Source: the human T2T-CHM13v2.0 reference genome, Homo sapiens. From it: 64,000 nt of DNA. Positions 42,120 through 55,700 of this stretch are shown piece after piece. Below the pieces are notes generated by a model. It saw nothing but the letters and a program-made list of their open reading frames with translations, did not search any database and was not told where the DNA came from. Numbering within the stretch: position 1 is the first letter of the stretch; each line of letters begins with the position of its first letter. A program made the position numbers and the translations under genes. The DNA is taken from the NCBI RefSeq assembly GCF_009914755.1, contig NC_060929.1. The stretch is one strand, 5' to 3'.

Positions 42120-43150
42120 TCCATCCATCCATCCGTCCATCCCTCCATCCAACAAATGCTCAGTGAGCCCCTGTTACAAACCTGTTCCTTGCTAGGTGCT
42201 CCACAAAGAATGCACAGTCTAGGGTGGGAGACAATTACATTAATTGATAAATTATTAGATAATAGTTAAGATAAGTCACACTGTAAACATATTGAGAATT
42301 TCTGTCCTTGTCTGTCTCTTCAGGCACTCTTATCACCACTCCTAGTCTCAATTTATTGAGACTTCAGCAACGTAAAGCTGCTTGTTTCTCCTGAAAAATA
42401 TGCCACACTTTCAGGCTTCTATTCCTTTTAAATACTGTAACCAATGTTTGGAATGACTCCTATTCCCCATTTCTGCTTGTCTACTTGGCCAATTTTCCCA
42501 TCCCTCAAAACTCAGCCCAGGAGAGGTTGCTTGGTGTAGCTGCCATGATTCTGGCTCATTTGGTTCCTGGCTGATTTAACCACTGCCTGTTGTTGTCACC
42601 AGACCACTAGCCAGTGACCATACTGGGTTGACACTGTTCACAGGAGGCCACCTCACTGAGCTCTAAGTTCTTTTTTGGCCTGGACTATAGCACTGCATCT
42701 TCATAATCCCTGTGAGTGGTGCACTGTGGGTTACCCAAAAATGCTTGCTGGAGAAATGGAATGAACTAATGGTGTGCTCTGGCAGCAAGGAAGATCAATT
42801 AGCCAACTCTTGTTTCCTCATCATTCCACAATCATCCATAGGTATTTCTAGTGTGTGCCAGGCCTATGCTGGGAGCTGAGGTCACTGTGGTGAGTGTAGT
42901 ACCTCTCCTCACAGAGCTTTCCCTCTGACAGACGTCAAATGCAGTTATCAATAGTCACAGAACAGTACGCATATGATCGTGAGGCTTTGGGTTAAAGACC
43001 CTATGACTGTGGGAAGCCCAGGTAGAAGGGATGAAGGTGACAAGGCCCCATCCCAAGCTGTGGCAGGGTCAAGGCAGAGGCAGGGGTTAGAATAGGAGAG
43101 GGAAGGAGCCTTCAGGGAGGTGTCAGCAAACAAAGCCCTGTCCATGAAGA
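42120..43150. mobile_element. Cluster of L2 fragments with (CCAT)n tail
   Basis: catccatcc…aacaaatgctcagtgagc; L2 3' tail aatgcttgctggagaaatggaatgaa; gtgtgccaggcctatgctgggagctgag. Confidence 0.6.
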
Positions 43151-44270
43151 TGAGGTTCTTTTTGCTGGTTGTAATTATCCTGCAAGTGTCTGGGATCTCA
43201 GTGGAATAAAAGGCCAGCCTCCAGACAAATGGAAATGAGTCTAGGAGATGAAGGAAGAAATAAGTGAAAAGGTTCCCAAAGCAGGCAGTTCTGCAAAGGG
43301 AGCAAACATAAAATTGAAGAGGTATATGAAGGTCTTCTTCAATTTACCTTAATAATAAAAGTATCTATTTCCTTGGCTTTCAGAATTTAGCCCTCAGGGC
43401 AGTTAAATTGGAAATGATAGCGGTATTGTGTAATGTTTACTTTGAACCACACATGTAAGAATGATTTAGGAACTGGATTCTATTACAAATGCCCACATAA
43501 ACCTCTAGGGCTCCCTCATCCTGCTCACATTTCAAACAGCTTGTCTCTCCACATCACCGCAAAGCTGCTTTTCTTGGGAGAATTCATTATAAAACTCGAA
43601 GGGCAGTTTGGACGAGGGCAACCATTAGGCTAGATCACTTACAAACTGGTGTAGGTATTGGAAAATGAATGGGAATAAATACTGTTTGAAATACTACAGG
43701 GAAGCTTACAAGCCTCAGCTTCCTGGTGTGACATCATTATTGTGCATGATCCTAGAATGAGTGGGAACGTGCCCACTTAGGCTTATTTCCATAGAAATGT
43801 CATTGGATTTTTTTTTTTTTAAACCAAGGAAACTCGAATCACAAAGTTGGTTCCAAGGCTGGTTCTTACACCATCTTGACAAGCCATTCATTCACACACC
43901 ATCTCAACAAGTGACATCATCTTGACAAGACCTTGATCTTCCTCTGTACATCCAGGCAGCCAAGCTGTATGAACTGGAGCTTTCCATCTATAGTCTTCTG
44001 TTTCTTAGTATGCGGGTTATACAAGTGTTAACTCAGTGTAGATTGAGAAAAAAGAAAAACTACCAGCAAATGTTCTATTGAGACAAAAAAGATATGGGAG
44101 AGTGTTTTCAAAAATTATAAAGTTCTAGGCAAATGGCTGCCTTCTTATTACTAGTATTATAACTTTTGTTAAATATTTGATCGATTCCTCACTTTCCCTT
44201 AACAGAAATATGTTTAATGGACATTGGAAAGAGAAAATGTTGTTGAATTCTGAAAGTTTAGGTAAGTTAT

Positions 44271-44648
44271 TGTATTAGTTTGTGAGGACTGTCATAACAA
44301 ACTACCACATTCTGGGTGGTTTAAACAAAGGAAATTTATTTTCTCACTGTTCTGGAAGCACAGAAGATCAATGTCAGCAGGGTTAGGTTTTTCTGAGGCC
44401 TCTTTCCTTGGCTTGTATATGGCTGTCTTTTCCTTGTATTGTCACATGGTATTTTCCCTGTATATGTCTGTATTCAAATTTCTTCTTCTTGTAAGGACAC
44501 CAGTCATACTGGACACCCTAATGACTCTATTTTAACTTAATTACCTCGTTAAACACCCCATCATCAAATATAGCCACATTCTGAAGTACCGGGGGTTAGG
44601 ACTTCAACGTATAAGCCTGGGAAGGTGGATATAACTCAATCCATAACA
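44271..44648 (-). mobile_element. MLT1 (MaLR) solo LTR
   Basis: tgtattagttt…cataacaaactaccaca…gggggttaggacttcaac…tccataaca with perfect TSD GTTAT at 44266-44270 and 44649-44653. Confidence 0.88.
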
Positions 44649-45955
44649 GTTATTGCATCACAGTTTTTACAGCTTTATTGAATGATAACTGTCATACAAT
44701 CAACTACACGTTTAAAGTTCACAATATGGTGACTTTTGACATCTGCATATCACTGAGTTGAAATAATGAACACCAAGAACTTTTCTGTGACCCTTTGAAA
44801 CACATACTTTCCATCACTTCAATACCCCTGTTGTTGCAAACAACCGAGGGTCTGCTTTATGTCACTATAGAGTACTTTACATTTTCTAGAACTTTCTATG
44901 AATTGAATCATATGCTATGTACTTTCCTTTTCTCTGACTTCTTTCAGGCAGCATAAATGTTTTAAAATTTGTTTATGTTGTTGCATGCATCAGTAGTTTA
45001 TCCCTTGTTATTGCTGAGTAATATTCCATTGTATGAATATATCATGATTTGCTGATTCATTCACATTTTGATGAAAATTTGGGTTTTTCCAGTGTTTGGC
45101 TATTTCAGATAAAGCTGCTGTGACTTTGGTGCACAGGAATTTGTGTGACTATATGCTTTTATTACTTCAGCAGATCCCTAGATATGGAATAACTGGGCCA
45201 TGTGAAGGTAATGTTTTTAGAAACTTCCAAAGTGTTTCCCAAAGAGGTTGTGCTACTTTATAAGAAACGGTTTTATTTTTATTTTTTATTTTTTTGCTTC
45301 ACATCCTCACCAGGTATACTTGTTCTGGTCAGTCTCTTTTGATTTTAGCTATTCTCATGTTTGTGTTGTGTTATCTCATTGTGCTTTTAACCTGCATTCT
45401 CCTAATGACTACTGATGTTGAGCTTATTTTCAGCTGTTTATTTGCCATTCATTTATCATCTTTGGTAGAGTGTCCGTTCAAAACTGTTTTCCATATTTTA
45501 TATTTTATCATTAGGCTGTAAGAGTTTTATTTTATATATTCAGAAAAAAGTTTTCATCAAATATATATTTTTTCCCATTTGGTGACTTACAGTTTCATTT
45601 TTAATACATATTTGGAGAGGAGAAATTTTTAATTAAAATGAAGTCCAAAGTTCTTTTCCTTTTTTAAAATTGTTAGTGCCTTTTGGGTTCTACTTAAAAA
45701 CATCTGCCAAGCTCAAGGTCTCTAAGATTTTCTCCTATGTTTTGTTTGGGAAATGTTATGATTTTATCTCTTAAATTTAGGTTTATGACCCATTTTCAGG
45801 TAGTATTTATGTATTATGTAAGGTAAGGGTTGTGGTTCATTTTTCATGCATATGGATAATGGATATCCACTTGCTCCAGCACTATTTATTTAAACAATTG
45901 GACTTTCCTTATTGTGTCACCTTGGTACCTTTGTCAAATTTGAATTGCTCGTCAA

Positions 45956-46264
45956 TAGTTGACCCTTGAACAACACAGAAGTTAGAAATGCTGATTCCCT
46001 GTGTAGTCAAAAATCCACATATAATTTTTGACTTCCCCTAACTTAACTACTAATAATTTGCTGTTGACTGGAAACTTTACCAGTTTCATTATGGCACTCA
46101 TTATGAAGTTTTTTATCCTCATTGTCTTCATGTTGAATGCAAATAAGAGGAGGAGGCAAAAGAGGAGAGGTTGGTCTGGCTGTCTCTTGAGTGGCAGAAG
46201 TGCAAGAAACTCCACATATGGTGGAACTGCACAGTTCAAAGTTGTGTTGTTCAAAGATCAACTG
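45956..46264. mobile_element. Tigger2-derived MITE (Tigger2a/MER8-like)
   Basis: Terminal inverted repeats agttgacccttgaacaacac … gtgttgttcaaagatcaactg|ta. Confidence 0.8.
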
Positions 46265-46962
46265 TACAGTGTGGCTGTGTTTCTGGATTCTCTAACCTGT
46301 TCCATTGATTTCTATGTTTATCTTTATGCCCATACAAAACTAGCTATTATAGGTTTACAAAGTTTTGAAATCAAGTAGTGTAATTCTCCAACTTTGTTCT
46401 TCTGTTATAAAATATGTTATTTCTAGGTTCATTGCATTTCCATACAAATTTTGGAATGAGCATTTCAATTTCTGCAAAAAAAATTATTCTCAAACTTTAG
46501 TTTTAATTGCATTGGGGAAAACTGACATCTTTACAATACTGAGTCTTTCCTTCATAAAACATAGGATACTCTTCTATTTATTTAGACATTTAATTTCTTT
46601 CAGCAATGCTTTATAAATTTTAGTGTACACATTTTAGAAAGTTTTTGTCAAATTTATCTAAATATTTCATTTTTTTCATGTGCTTTTAAATGGTATTTTT
46701 AAAAGTTTCAATTCCCAGTTGTTCATTGCTGGTGCGTAGAAATGTAATTGATTTTTGTATATTGACCTTTTATCGTGTAACCATGATAACTCAATTATTA
46801 GTTATAATAGCTGTTTTTTAAATGGCTTAAGATTTTCTACATAGATAAGCACATAATCTGCAAGTAAAGAAAATTATACTTTATTATTTCAGTCTTCGCA
46901 TACTTTATTTCTTTTTCTTGTGTTATTGCACTGGCTATAACATTCAGTATAATGTTGAATAA

Positions 46963-47321
<359 letters not shown>

Positions 47322-49068
47322 CATTTTTTTTTATCATTGCATATGATGTTACCTCTAGGGTTTTCATAGATGCCCTTTATCCAGTTTCAGAAGCTTCATT
47401 CTATTTTTAAGTTGCTGAGAATCTTTGCCATTAATGGATGTTGGATTTTGTTAAATATTGATGGCATGTATTGAGATGTACATAGGGGTTTTCTTTATTG
47501 GTCTGTTGACATGGTAAATTAAATGGCTTAATTTTTGAATAATACAGTAACTTTGTCTTAAGATAAACCTATGTAGCCATCATATTATCCTTTTTACATA
47601 TTGTCAGATTTGATTTAAAATGTTTTTTAAAATAACTTTTGTATCTATTACCATGACATATATTGGCCTGTAGTTTTCTATTTTGCAATGTCTTTTTTTT
47701 TTCTTAATCAGGATAATACCTCACAGAATGAGTTCTGGGGAATGTTCCTTCCTTTCTTTTTCTGAAAATATTTGTGTAGAATGGGTATTATTTCCTCCAT
47801 AAATGTGTGGTATAATTCACCAGTGAATCTACCTAGAGTTTTATTTGTGGGAATGGTTTTATTTATAAATTCAATTAGTTTAATAGGTATTGGAATATTC
47901 AGGTCATCTACTTCTTTGTGAGGAAAATTTGGTAGTGTGAGACAATTTCTTTTTGAATTAGTTTTTTAAGGAATTTGTCTTTTTCATTCAAGTTGTAAAA
48001 TTTATTGACTAAAGTTGCTTATAATATTTCTTCATTATCATTCTACTGTCTATAGAATCTGTTGTGATGGATTCTCTCTTTTTTCAAATGACTAGTCAGG
48101 CTAGAAGTTTATCAGTTTTGTTTATCTTTTCAAATAACCAGGATTTAGTTTCATTGGTTTTATCTGTTGTGTTTCTGTCATCTGTCATTGATTTCTGCTC
48201 TTAACTTTATATTTTCCCATCTTCCATTTACTTTGGGTTTAATATGATATTTTAACAAAATCTTGTTTCTTAAGGCAGAAGCTTAGGTAACTGATCTGAA
48301 ACCTTTCTAATGTAAGTGTTAACACCATAAATTTCCTTTTAATTACTACTTAAGTTGCATCTTATGATTTTTGATGTCATGACTTTATTTGAAAATACTC
48401 TAATCTTCTGTTATTATTTCCTCTTTGCTTGATGTATTATTTGGTAGTATGTTGTTTACTTTACAAATATTTATAGATTTTCCAGATATCTTTCTGTTAT
48501 GAATTTTTAATTTAATTTCTATGGTTGGAGAACATACTTTGTATAATAAAAGACTTTTGAAATGTTTGACACTTCTTTTATGACCTGTAATATGGTCTAT
48601 CTTGGTTATGTTTCATGTTCACTTTTGAACAACGTGCATGTATAGAAACTTATATAAATGTTAATTAGCTCAAGTTGATTTTATGGTGTTGTTCAAACCT
48701 TCTATGTCCTTGCTGACTTTCTGTCTACATGTTTTATCAATATCTGAGAAAGGGGTGTTGAAATCTCCAGCTATAATTGTGAATTTAATCTCTTAATTAT
48801 TTCATTTTTACCAGGTTTATTATCTTGATATATTTTGAAAACACATATTTTTATGTACAAAAAATTTAGAATTGTTATTTCTTCTTGATGAACTGGCATG
48901 TTTTCATTATGAAACTGCCTTCTCTCTGTCTCTGGTAATGTCTCTTTTCTTAAAACTAGTGTTTTCTTAAAACTGGTGTTCTGCAAACACCATGGAAAGC
49001 TAGTTGTATACTTTTTATTCTAGGTGAGGGCAGACACATCAATTAGAGATAATAAGATTTGTAAGTGA

Positions 49069-50650
49069 TTTGTGGTTTAGATTTGCATTTCTCCAATGAT
49101 TAGTGATGGTGAGCAATTTTTCATATACCTGTTGACCATTTGTATGTCTTCTTTTAAGGGATGTGTATTCAAATCTATGCCCATTTTTAAACCAGATTCT
49201 TTGTTTTTTTACTAAGTTTTTTGAGTTTCTTATATATTCTGGCTATTAGTTCCTTGTCAGATGGATTTTGTAGATTATCTCTTCACTTTGTTGATCGTTT
49301 ACTGTGCACAAGCTTTTTGCTTGATGTGATCCCATTTGTCCATTTTTGCTTTGGTTGCCTGCACTTTTGGTTTTATCAAGAAATCTTTACCCAGACCAGT
49401 CTTCTGGAGAGTTTCCCCAGTGTTTTTTTTCTAGTAGTTTTATAGTTTCAGGTCTATTATTTAAGTCTCTATTTTGATTCCACTTTGTATATGGTGAGAG
49501 CTAAGGGTCTAGTTGCATTATTCTGCATATTAATATTCAGTTTTCCCAGCACCGTTTATTGGAGAGACTGTTCGTTCCCCAGTGCATGTTCTTGGCCCCT
49601 TTGTCAAAAATGAGTTGACTGTAAATACATAGACTTATTTCTGGGTTCTCTATTCTGTTCATTGGTCTTTGTGTCTATTTTTTCTGCCACTACCATGCTG
49701 TTTTGGTTATTACAACTTTGTAGAAAACTAAAATAAAATATCATCTCACCCACGTTAAAATAACTTTTATTTTAAAAAAGGCAATAACAGATGCTGGAAA
49801 GAATGTGGAGAAAGGGGAGCCCTCCTTGTACATTGTTGGTGGGAATGTAAATTAATTAGTACAGCCACTATGGAGAACAATATGGAAGTCGCCCTCAAAA
49901 TAAAAGTAGAACTATCATCTAATCCAAAATAAAAGTATCTATTAATTCAAAATAAAAGTAGAACTATCATCTAAACTGCTGGGCATATATCCAAAAGAAA
50001 AGAAATGAGTATATCAAAGAGATATCTGCACTGCCTTGTTAATTGCAACACTATTCACAACAGCTTCAAGACATAGAATCAATCTAAGTGTCCATCAATT
50101 AATGAGTGGACAAAGAAAATGTAATATATATACACAATGGAATATTATTCAGCCCCCCAGAAAATAAAATCCTGTCATTTGTAACCACATGTATGGAACT
50201 GGAGGCCATTATGTGGAGTAAAACAAGCCAACCACAGAAAGATAAATATTGCATGTTCTCACTAATATATGAGAGCTGAAAAAGTTGACCTCATGGAGAT
50301 AGAGAGTAGAATGAAGATTGCCAGAGGCTGGGAAACGTAGCGCAGAGGTGGGGGATAGAGGGGTGCTAGTTAATGGGCACGAAAATACAGTTAGATAGTA
50401 GGAATAAGATCTAGTGTTCGGTAGCACAATAGAGAGATCATAGTTAACGACAATGTATTGTATATTTCAAAATAACTAGAATAGTGAAATTTGAATGTTC
50501 TTAACATAAAGAAATAATAAATGCTTGAGGCAATGAGAATATCCCAATTACCCTGATTTGATAACTGCACATGGTATGCTTGTATCAAAGCATCACATGT
50601 ATCCCATAAATATGTACAACTGTTACGTATTCACAAAAATTAAAGATAAA
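49069..50650. mobile_element. L1 (L1MA-like) with 5' inversion (twin priming)
   Basis: Antisense ORF2 piece at 49069-~49722 joined to a sense 3' end at ~49723-50650 with A-rich tail; flanking degenerate TSD aagatttgtaagtga / aagatttatgggtga. Confidence 0.85.
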
Positions 50651-52073
50651 AAGATTTATGGGTGAAAAAATTGTCTATTTTTTCAGGCCGCACTTGTCAA
50701 AAGGAAGCTGAATAGTTGGCTTTTAATATGTAATATTAAATAGGGTTTATCAACTGTTGTGTTCCCATGGTCTTTAGAATATGAATATGTAGAAAACAAA
50801 AGTTGAAAACTTAAATTTAGTTCATTATTTAATTTTTTTCTAGAATGGTGATTTTCCTAGTTTGTTAACTATGTTTTAGCCAATTTTGATTTTAACTATT
50901 AAAATCTTTCCTTTAATGGTTTTAATATGGTGTTGATTTTTGGTTATACAATTTTACACAACCAGAGAGTCACTTTCTTTAAGAGATCCTAATGTACATG
51001 GAAAAATAGAAAGCCTTCATCAGTTTTATTTTGGAGAGCAGGTGGGCCCCTATGCTACAGGCTTTCCAAAAGAACTCAAACAGATACTGCACCCCCACCT
51101 GAGGAGTAATGCTGTATACATGTAAATCATTTCCTATATGCCACAATGGACATCTGGGTCTTGATGTGAACCAAAGCAAAGGTCAATCTGTGGAAAACAT
51201 TAAGTTTTTGCTCTTTTTCTCCTGTTTGCTTTTATTCTTTTATTTATAGTGAAGATAATACTGTTCTAGAGAGAATTATTAGCTTTCACCTTATCAACAC
51301 CTAGATTAAATATTGGAATAAAATCGTAAGGGTGTGATCTTTCTTTTCTATTTAGAGACAGGCCCTCACTATGTTGAACTCAAGCGATCTTCCCACCTCA
51401 GCCTCTCGAGTACCTGGGACTACTGGTGTGTGCCACCGAGCCCAGCTCATGACCCATTTTCAATTCTCATCTTCCAAAAGAAAAAGATTTCTGGACTCAC
51501 GGTATGGTGTGTTATGCTTGAGGGCTAAAACACATAGGAGATGTCCCATTGCTGGCAGCTTCCTGTGGGTTTTGTATTTGGGATGGCAAAGAGCATGCAT
51601 AGGCTCTTGAAGAGGGACTTTATTTGTTCAGGTGACTTCCTTTGAGCTCTCCTGGATTAGTCCATCTCTGCAGGAAATGGGACAACACCGGCTTTGATAA
51701 AACCAAAGAGCTGAGGCAGAAACACTGCCCACCACTGCAGGCACAGTCCGGGCTCCACAGCCGGAAGTGTGCATTTTTCTAGGCAACCAGCACAAGCATG
51801 GGGACTTGGCTGAGGCCAGTGCTGTGATTTTGGCCTGAGGGGCAGTGCTGGGCAACTTCCCTACATCCTCCCTCAAGGTATCCCTGACCAAAAGCAGATG
51901 TACAAATAAACACGCATAAAACCTGAAGTAGAAATATTCAATACCTGGCTTAATATTATAACTTTTAGTCATAAGCTTCTAGAACTGTAAGTCATGTACA
52001 AATAAAAACTACTTAGGTATTTTTAAAGACAAGCATTAATGTGACCATCCCTCCATATTCTTTGTTCTCCCAG

Positions 52074-52120
52074 AAGAATCTGTAGCAAGATCCAGGACTC
52101 AGGAGAGAGGACATGTGGAG
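52074..52120 (+). pseudogene. SEMA5A-like exon remnant 1 (juxtamembrane micro-exon)
   Basis: tttgttctcccag|AAGAATCTGTAGCAAGATCC…ACATGTGGAG|gtcagt reads (E)ESVARSRTQE/ERTCG, versus recalled SEMA5A EVSVARSSSVEEKRCG. 47 nt with one frameshift; both splice sites are intact. Confidence 0.8.
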
Positions 52121-54539
52121 GTCAGTTATTTACCTACTTACTTTCTGATATTTTCTAATGATTTCTTTTTTTAATCTTTTATAAATTGTTTCTTTGTCTT
52201 GTGGCCAAAATTGAGACTGGAGACACTCCGTGGACCCCAAATGCCATGTATGTTAATTATAAATGTGTTATTCAATAATTGATGGCTAGATAATACCTAG
52301 TTGAAATATCACTGGAGTGAAACAGAATTGAAGCATTTATGTACATTGGCATTGCAGCTCCATGACGGTCAGTGCCAAGTCTCTAGTCCTCTGGAATGAA
52401 CTCAATTTTAATGGAGCATGAAGATTTACCTACATATTAGAGGCATTCTACAACCTTGGATGAAAAAAAGAAAAACACATTCTCTGCTTCAATTCCATAA
52501 TAAATTTGGATTTTTCAGTCGATGCCATCTGTGTGCCATGAAAGTGCTCACCTATGTGTCAACTGTACTTGGAGAAGAGGGGCTTACTGTTAGCAACACA
52601 GATGCTCTGGTTGACCCTGTCTGGGCTAAAAGGTGGGAGTTTTTCAAGGGCCTTGAGCACCAGGTAAATGACACATACCCCATTTCCATCCTAAAATGCT
52701 GCTGCTGTGTGTCAGAGCCAGCAAGGCCAACTGATTACCCAACTCACGTTGATATTGATCAAACTTACAGAAAATTTAATTACTCTATAATCTTCAGAAA
52801 TGATGTTTTAACTCTTTAGGCTGCTGCTATTGACACATCAACATAATAGGCAGATGAGAGAATGGATGGATTTTATTTTAGAACTGACAGGTTAAAAACA
52901 AGCGATTATCTGACAAAGCTGCTCTAGGATGCTTAGGGAGACAATGTAGACTTTCTTCTGTTTATTGAAAAATCAGACTTTGCTTAACCAACAGGATGGT
53001 TTCCATCCCTGCTTACTGGCCGATAATGGCAAAAAAAAAAAAAAAAAGCCACGTTGAAAAGAAAGCGCCACACCAAGCAGATTCAAAAACGATTTAATGG
53101 GCACTATTTTTCTCTATGCAGAAAATGTGCTTCAATTCAAATTTTTCATCTTAGAGAGCTATTTTTAGTTGCATGAGACACAAAGACTATATAATCATCA
53201 TAAAGATGTCAGCTGGCCCCAGCCTTTCCCAGGCACCTGCTGGAATGATTCATTTGACTAATGGCACAGTATCTGCATATGGAGACCGTCATGCATCTTC
53301 CCTATGTTATAATGAAACATGAGTTATCAGTGCAGCAGGAAGTATTTCCTTCGGTACAAGGCATTGACCCTGAGAGTGCTAACAGCTAAAGTACAGAGAA
53401 GTAAGAACTTGTGTGAAATCAGCTCTTGCTTATCTAAGTACAGCTTCAGTGTTACAGTTAAAGTCCCAGTGGCTGCTGGTGGAATGCCCCCTGGATGCTT
53501 CATCCGGTTGTCCCAGGTTGGGAGTTCTCCAGCCCTAGAGGCTTCATGACTGAGTCAGAAAAGGCCAAAGATTCTGAAACCACTGACCAACTAAGCTGCA
53601 AGTGAAAAGTTGAGGTGGTTGTCAGGGAGTGGGTGATGCTTGTGGAATGTTCTAGTGCTGTCGTCTGGGATGATCCAACCCTTAGTGCTGAGTACATTGG
53701 GCGCCTGTGCTGGGAACTGCATTGCCCACTGGGACTTCAGTGGTCAGGAGTGTGTTGTGAGTTCTGCCTGACAGCGAGTCAGAGAGAAGGCAGCCTCCCT
53801 TCACAGTGTGCACCCAAGGGGGCAGATCCAGCTCCAAAGTCCTGGGTTCCTGGAACATGGTGTCTAGAACAGCCAAGGAGCATGACTTAGAGGGAAAAGC
53901 TCAGGGTTTAGGGACAAAAAGGGATAGTCAACCTCTGCCAGTAGCACAGGTGAGGTCTTGATGGCATCTCCCGACCTGTGGCTCAGCTTCCCATGGGGCC
54001 TCTTGGCCACTGCAGGGTTACATGAGGTTCAGGACGGACTCAGGCAGAGCCCTGGAGACCCAAGCCTGGTGGGAACTCAGTGAAGAGTGGCCGAGTGACC
54101 CTTTGACATCAAACCCCATGGCTGGCGCTGGCAGGACAAAGTCTCTTCCAGGTGGCGGGGGTCACGAGCACAGGGAAGGTGGGTTGGAAAACCCCTGGGG
54201 AGGAGGCTGGAGTGGTTAATGTGCAGACACCCCTGGCCTCGGGTGCAGGGGAAATCCTACAGGCCCTTCCCCTTGTCCTGAGATCCCTGAAGGCTTTGCT
54301 TTGCAGCCAGGTGGACTTGCCTGCCATTGCAGTGATGCCCAGCAAGCATTTCACGTCTCTCCCTGGGCTGCTCCTGTCTGTGGATAGGCTTCTCACCCTG
54401 CTACTCAAGCTGAGGCCCCTGAGCTAGGGCAGCCCTTCTCACATGCCTGCCTTGTTCTGCACCCAAAGGCTGAATTGTTCAGGAAGGGAAGTAAGGGATG
54501 GGGAAGGGAGCCAGTACCACTTTGCTCCTGTCCCCCCAG

Positions 54540-54722
54540 GGTTCAGTGTGTTCCACATGATCACGTGGGGCTCAGCCTGCTGGTCTATACCTACAGTAGC
54601 AGCACCAACAGCAATCCCACAATGCGACTGTCGTCCACCCCGTCTCGCCTACCCTCCTCAACACCAGCATAACGAACCACACCAACAAACTGGACAAGTA
54701 CGACTCGGTGGAGGCCATCAAG
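54540..54722 (+). pseudogene. SEMA5A-like exon remnant 2 (transmembrane/cytoplasmic exon)
   Basis: With frameshifts it reads FSVFHMI/VGLS[del]LLVYTYS/QHQQQSHNATVVHPVSPTLLNTSITNHTNKLDKYDSVEAIK, versus recalled SEMA5A FNMFHMIAVGLSSSILGCLLTLLVYTYCQRYQQQSHDATVIHPVSPAPLNTSITNHINKLDKYDSVEAIK. Acceptor intact; donor mutated to AAG|ataagg. Confidence 0.9.
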
Positions 54723-55299
54723 ATAAGGAGTTGGCAGCATCAGCAGCAGCCAGGTGTGCACAGAAGGCAAGTGGACGCGGGGACTTTCAGCAAAGCTCTG
54801 TGGGGGTGGCGCTGGTGGCGGAGTTGGGGACAGGTAAGGGTTCCCCTTATGAAAAACTGCCTTTCTAGCTTTGGGGCGCCTGTGAAACCATGGCGTGTCA
54901 CCTTGGGCACATAGATTATAAAGGAACAAAGGAAAAGCAAGAAATAAAGATCTGCCCCATGTTGGGTAATTGTCCAATGTCCAGCTCTGCCTCAGCCCAA
55001 ACCGTGGCTTCCGTGTCCCAAGGGTCAGAGAAAAGGCGGCAGGATGGAGGGGAGGATGTCGCTTCAGCACCTGCCTCTAGATGGCAGCCTGAGACAACTA
55101 TTGTATCGCTATCAATTACACCTTCAGATCTCTTTCCAGGGCAATAAAAGTGCCTCACATACTATAAGGCAGCTTCCCATTTCTGGTGTGAGGTGGCGTG
55201 TTCTGTATTTTTTCCCCCATTGGACAATTAAATCCCTAGTTTTTAAAGCAGAAATTTTGTGTGGAGGGCCAGCCTCCTAGTCCGCAGGAAGAAGGGCTG

Positions 55300-55700
55300 C
55301 GAAGGACATCAGCTTTGGACTCAGCTGACCTCAGTCGGGTCAGACGCTCACACCCTCTAGGCCTCCATTTCTTTATAAGCTGGGGATAACGACCTTCACT
55401 TAGAGCAGTGTTGTGAGGATTTCATGAGGTAATTTCTATAAAACGCCTTCAACAGTGCATGACACTTAAGTGCTCATGAAATTGGGGTCTTGTTTGAGGG
55501 ATTTCATGTGGTGGTTATAGCTGGAGGCTTGAAACAGGATGCCCTACAGCCATTTCTTACCAAAGTGGCGCCAGGTGAGGTACTTGGCCTCCTGTGTCTC
55601 AGTGTCTTCATCTTTCACACGGATGAAAGGCTGTGTATTTCCATCTTGCTGTAGGGTTTAAATGGGTGAACGTGCTCAGCAAAGGGTAGCTGGTAGTCTT
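55300..55700 (+). mobile_element. Two degenerate MIR copies
   Basis: MIR core phrases (gttgtgaggatttcatgaggtaat…, ctcagtgtcttcatctt…, gggtttaaatggg). Confidence 0.55.

Noticed and set aside
54443-55070. 141-aa (+) and 159-aa (-) ORFs as novel genes
   Set aside because: They are shadow frames over the GC-rich, frameshifted SEMA5A-like remnant, and neither preserves the SEMA5A frame throughout.
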